A DNA stretch of 64,000 bases from Octopus bimaculoides (lineage: Eukaryota), in NCBI RefSeq assembly GCF_001194135.2, contig NC_069000.1, positions 7,062,351 to 7,126,350 of the forward strand. The letters run 5' to 3'. Position 1 is the first letter of the stretch. Each line of letters begins with the position of its first letter. The notes below the pieces were generated by a model. It was not told the origin of the DNA. It saw nothing but the letters and a program-made list of their open reading frames with translations, and made no database searches. A program made the position numbers and the translations under genes. Shown piece by piece: positions 63,601 to 64,000 of this stretch.

Positions 63601-64000
63601 ACCATCCAAGGTTCTAGGTTCTGATGACACACAATTTCTATTTTTAAAATATATTTGAAGAAAAAACTGGTCAGAAGTTCATGTAAGAACCTTCTGAACA
63701 TCAATTTAATCAAGCAGAATTTTAAATACTTATTTATTTATCTTTTTAAAAGTAAATCTCTCTTAATTGTTTATTTTCAAAATAGCACATGATTTTGTTA
63801 GAAATACGGTCAGGAAAAGGTTACAAAATATCTACGTCTTTCAACAAATAAACAATAACGTGGGTGTAAAACCCAAATCAGGCAATGGCTAAGATGTCTG
63901 ACTGTCAGGTCATGGGTCAAAGGTTCTTGCACATTATGCACTTGAAAGGATATTTAATTCTAAATGTTATGCTTGACCGGATTGTAAAGAATGCCTAAAG

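Overview
Eukaryotic, AT-rich, microsatellite- and SINE-dense scaffold with five N gaps. The repeat families and (TA)n/(CA)n/(AAT)n load suggest an octopod cephalopod; this is my inference from recognising the repeats, not a database result. Two multi-exon genes, reconstructed by hand from GT-AG sites with consistent phases, converge tail-to-tail with about 1.8 kb between their stop codons. On + is an FBXO15-like F-box gene (14 coding exons, 4457-21758; the 5' end was not found). On - is a GSE1-like coiled-coil gene (14 coding exons, 44018-23579, about 1170-1185 aa; a possible further 45-nt exon at 49779-49735). Introns hold several tRNA-derived SINE families, RTE-type and L1/Tx1-type LINE 3' ends, a mariner remnant, hAT and piggyBac-type MITEs, a HINE-like element and minisatellites. 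I found no CRISPR array, rRNA or tRNA gene. The most interesting unexplained structures are: a 320-nt inverted repeat carrying hammerhead-ribozyme-like cores between the two gene ends; a near-perfect 180-nt intronic hairpin; a minisatellite of four RFX X-box motifs; a three-finger C2H2 fragment broken by one UAG at an aromatic position; and a tandem array of Pol III B-boxes. Most ORFs in the supplied track are microsatellite or repeat artefacts.
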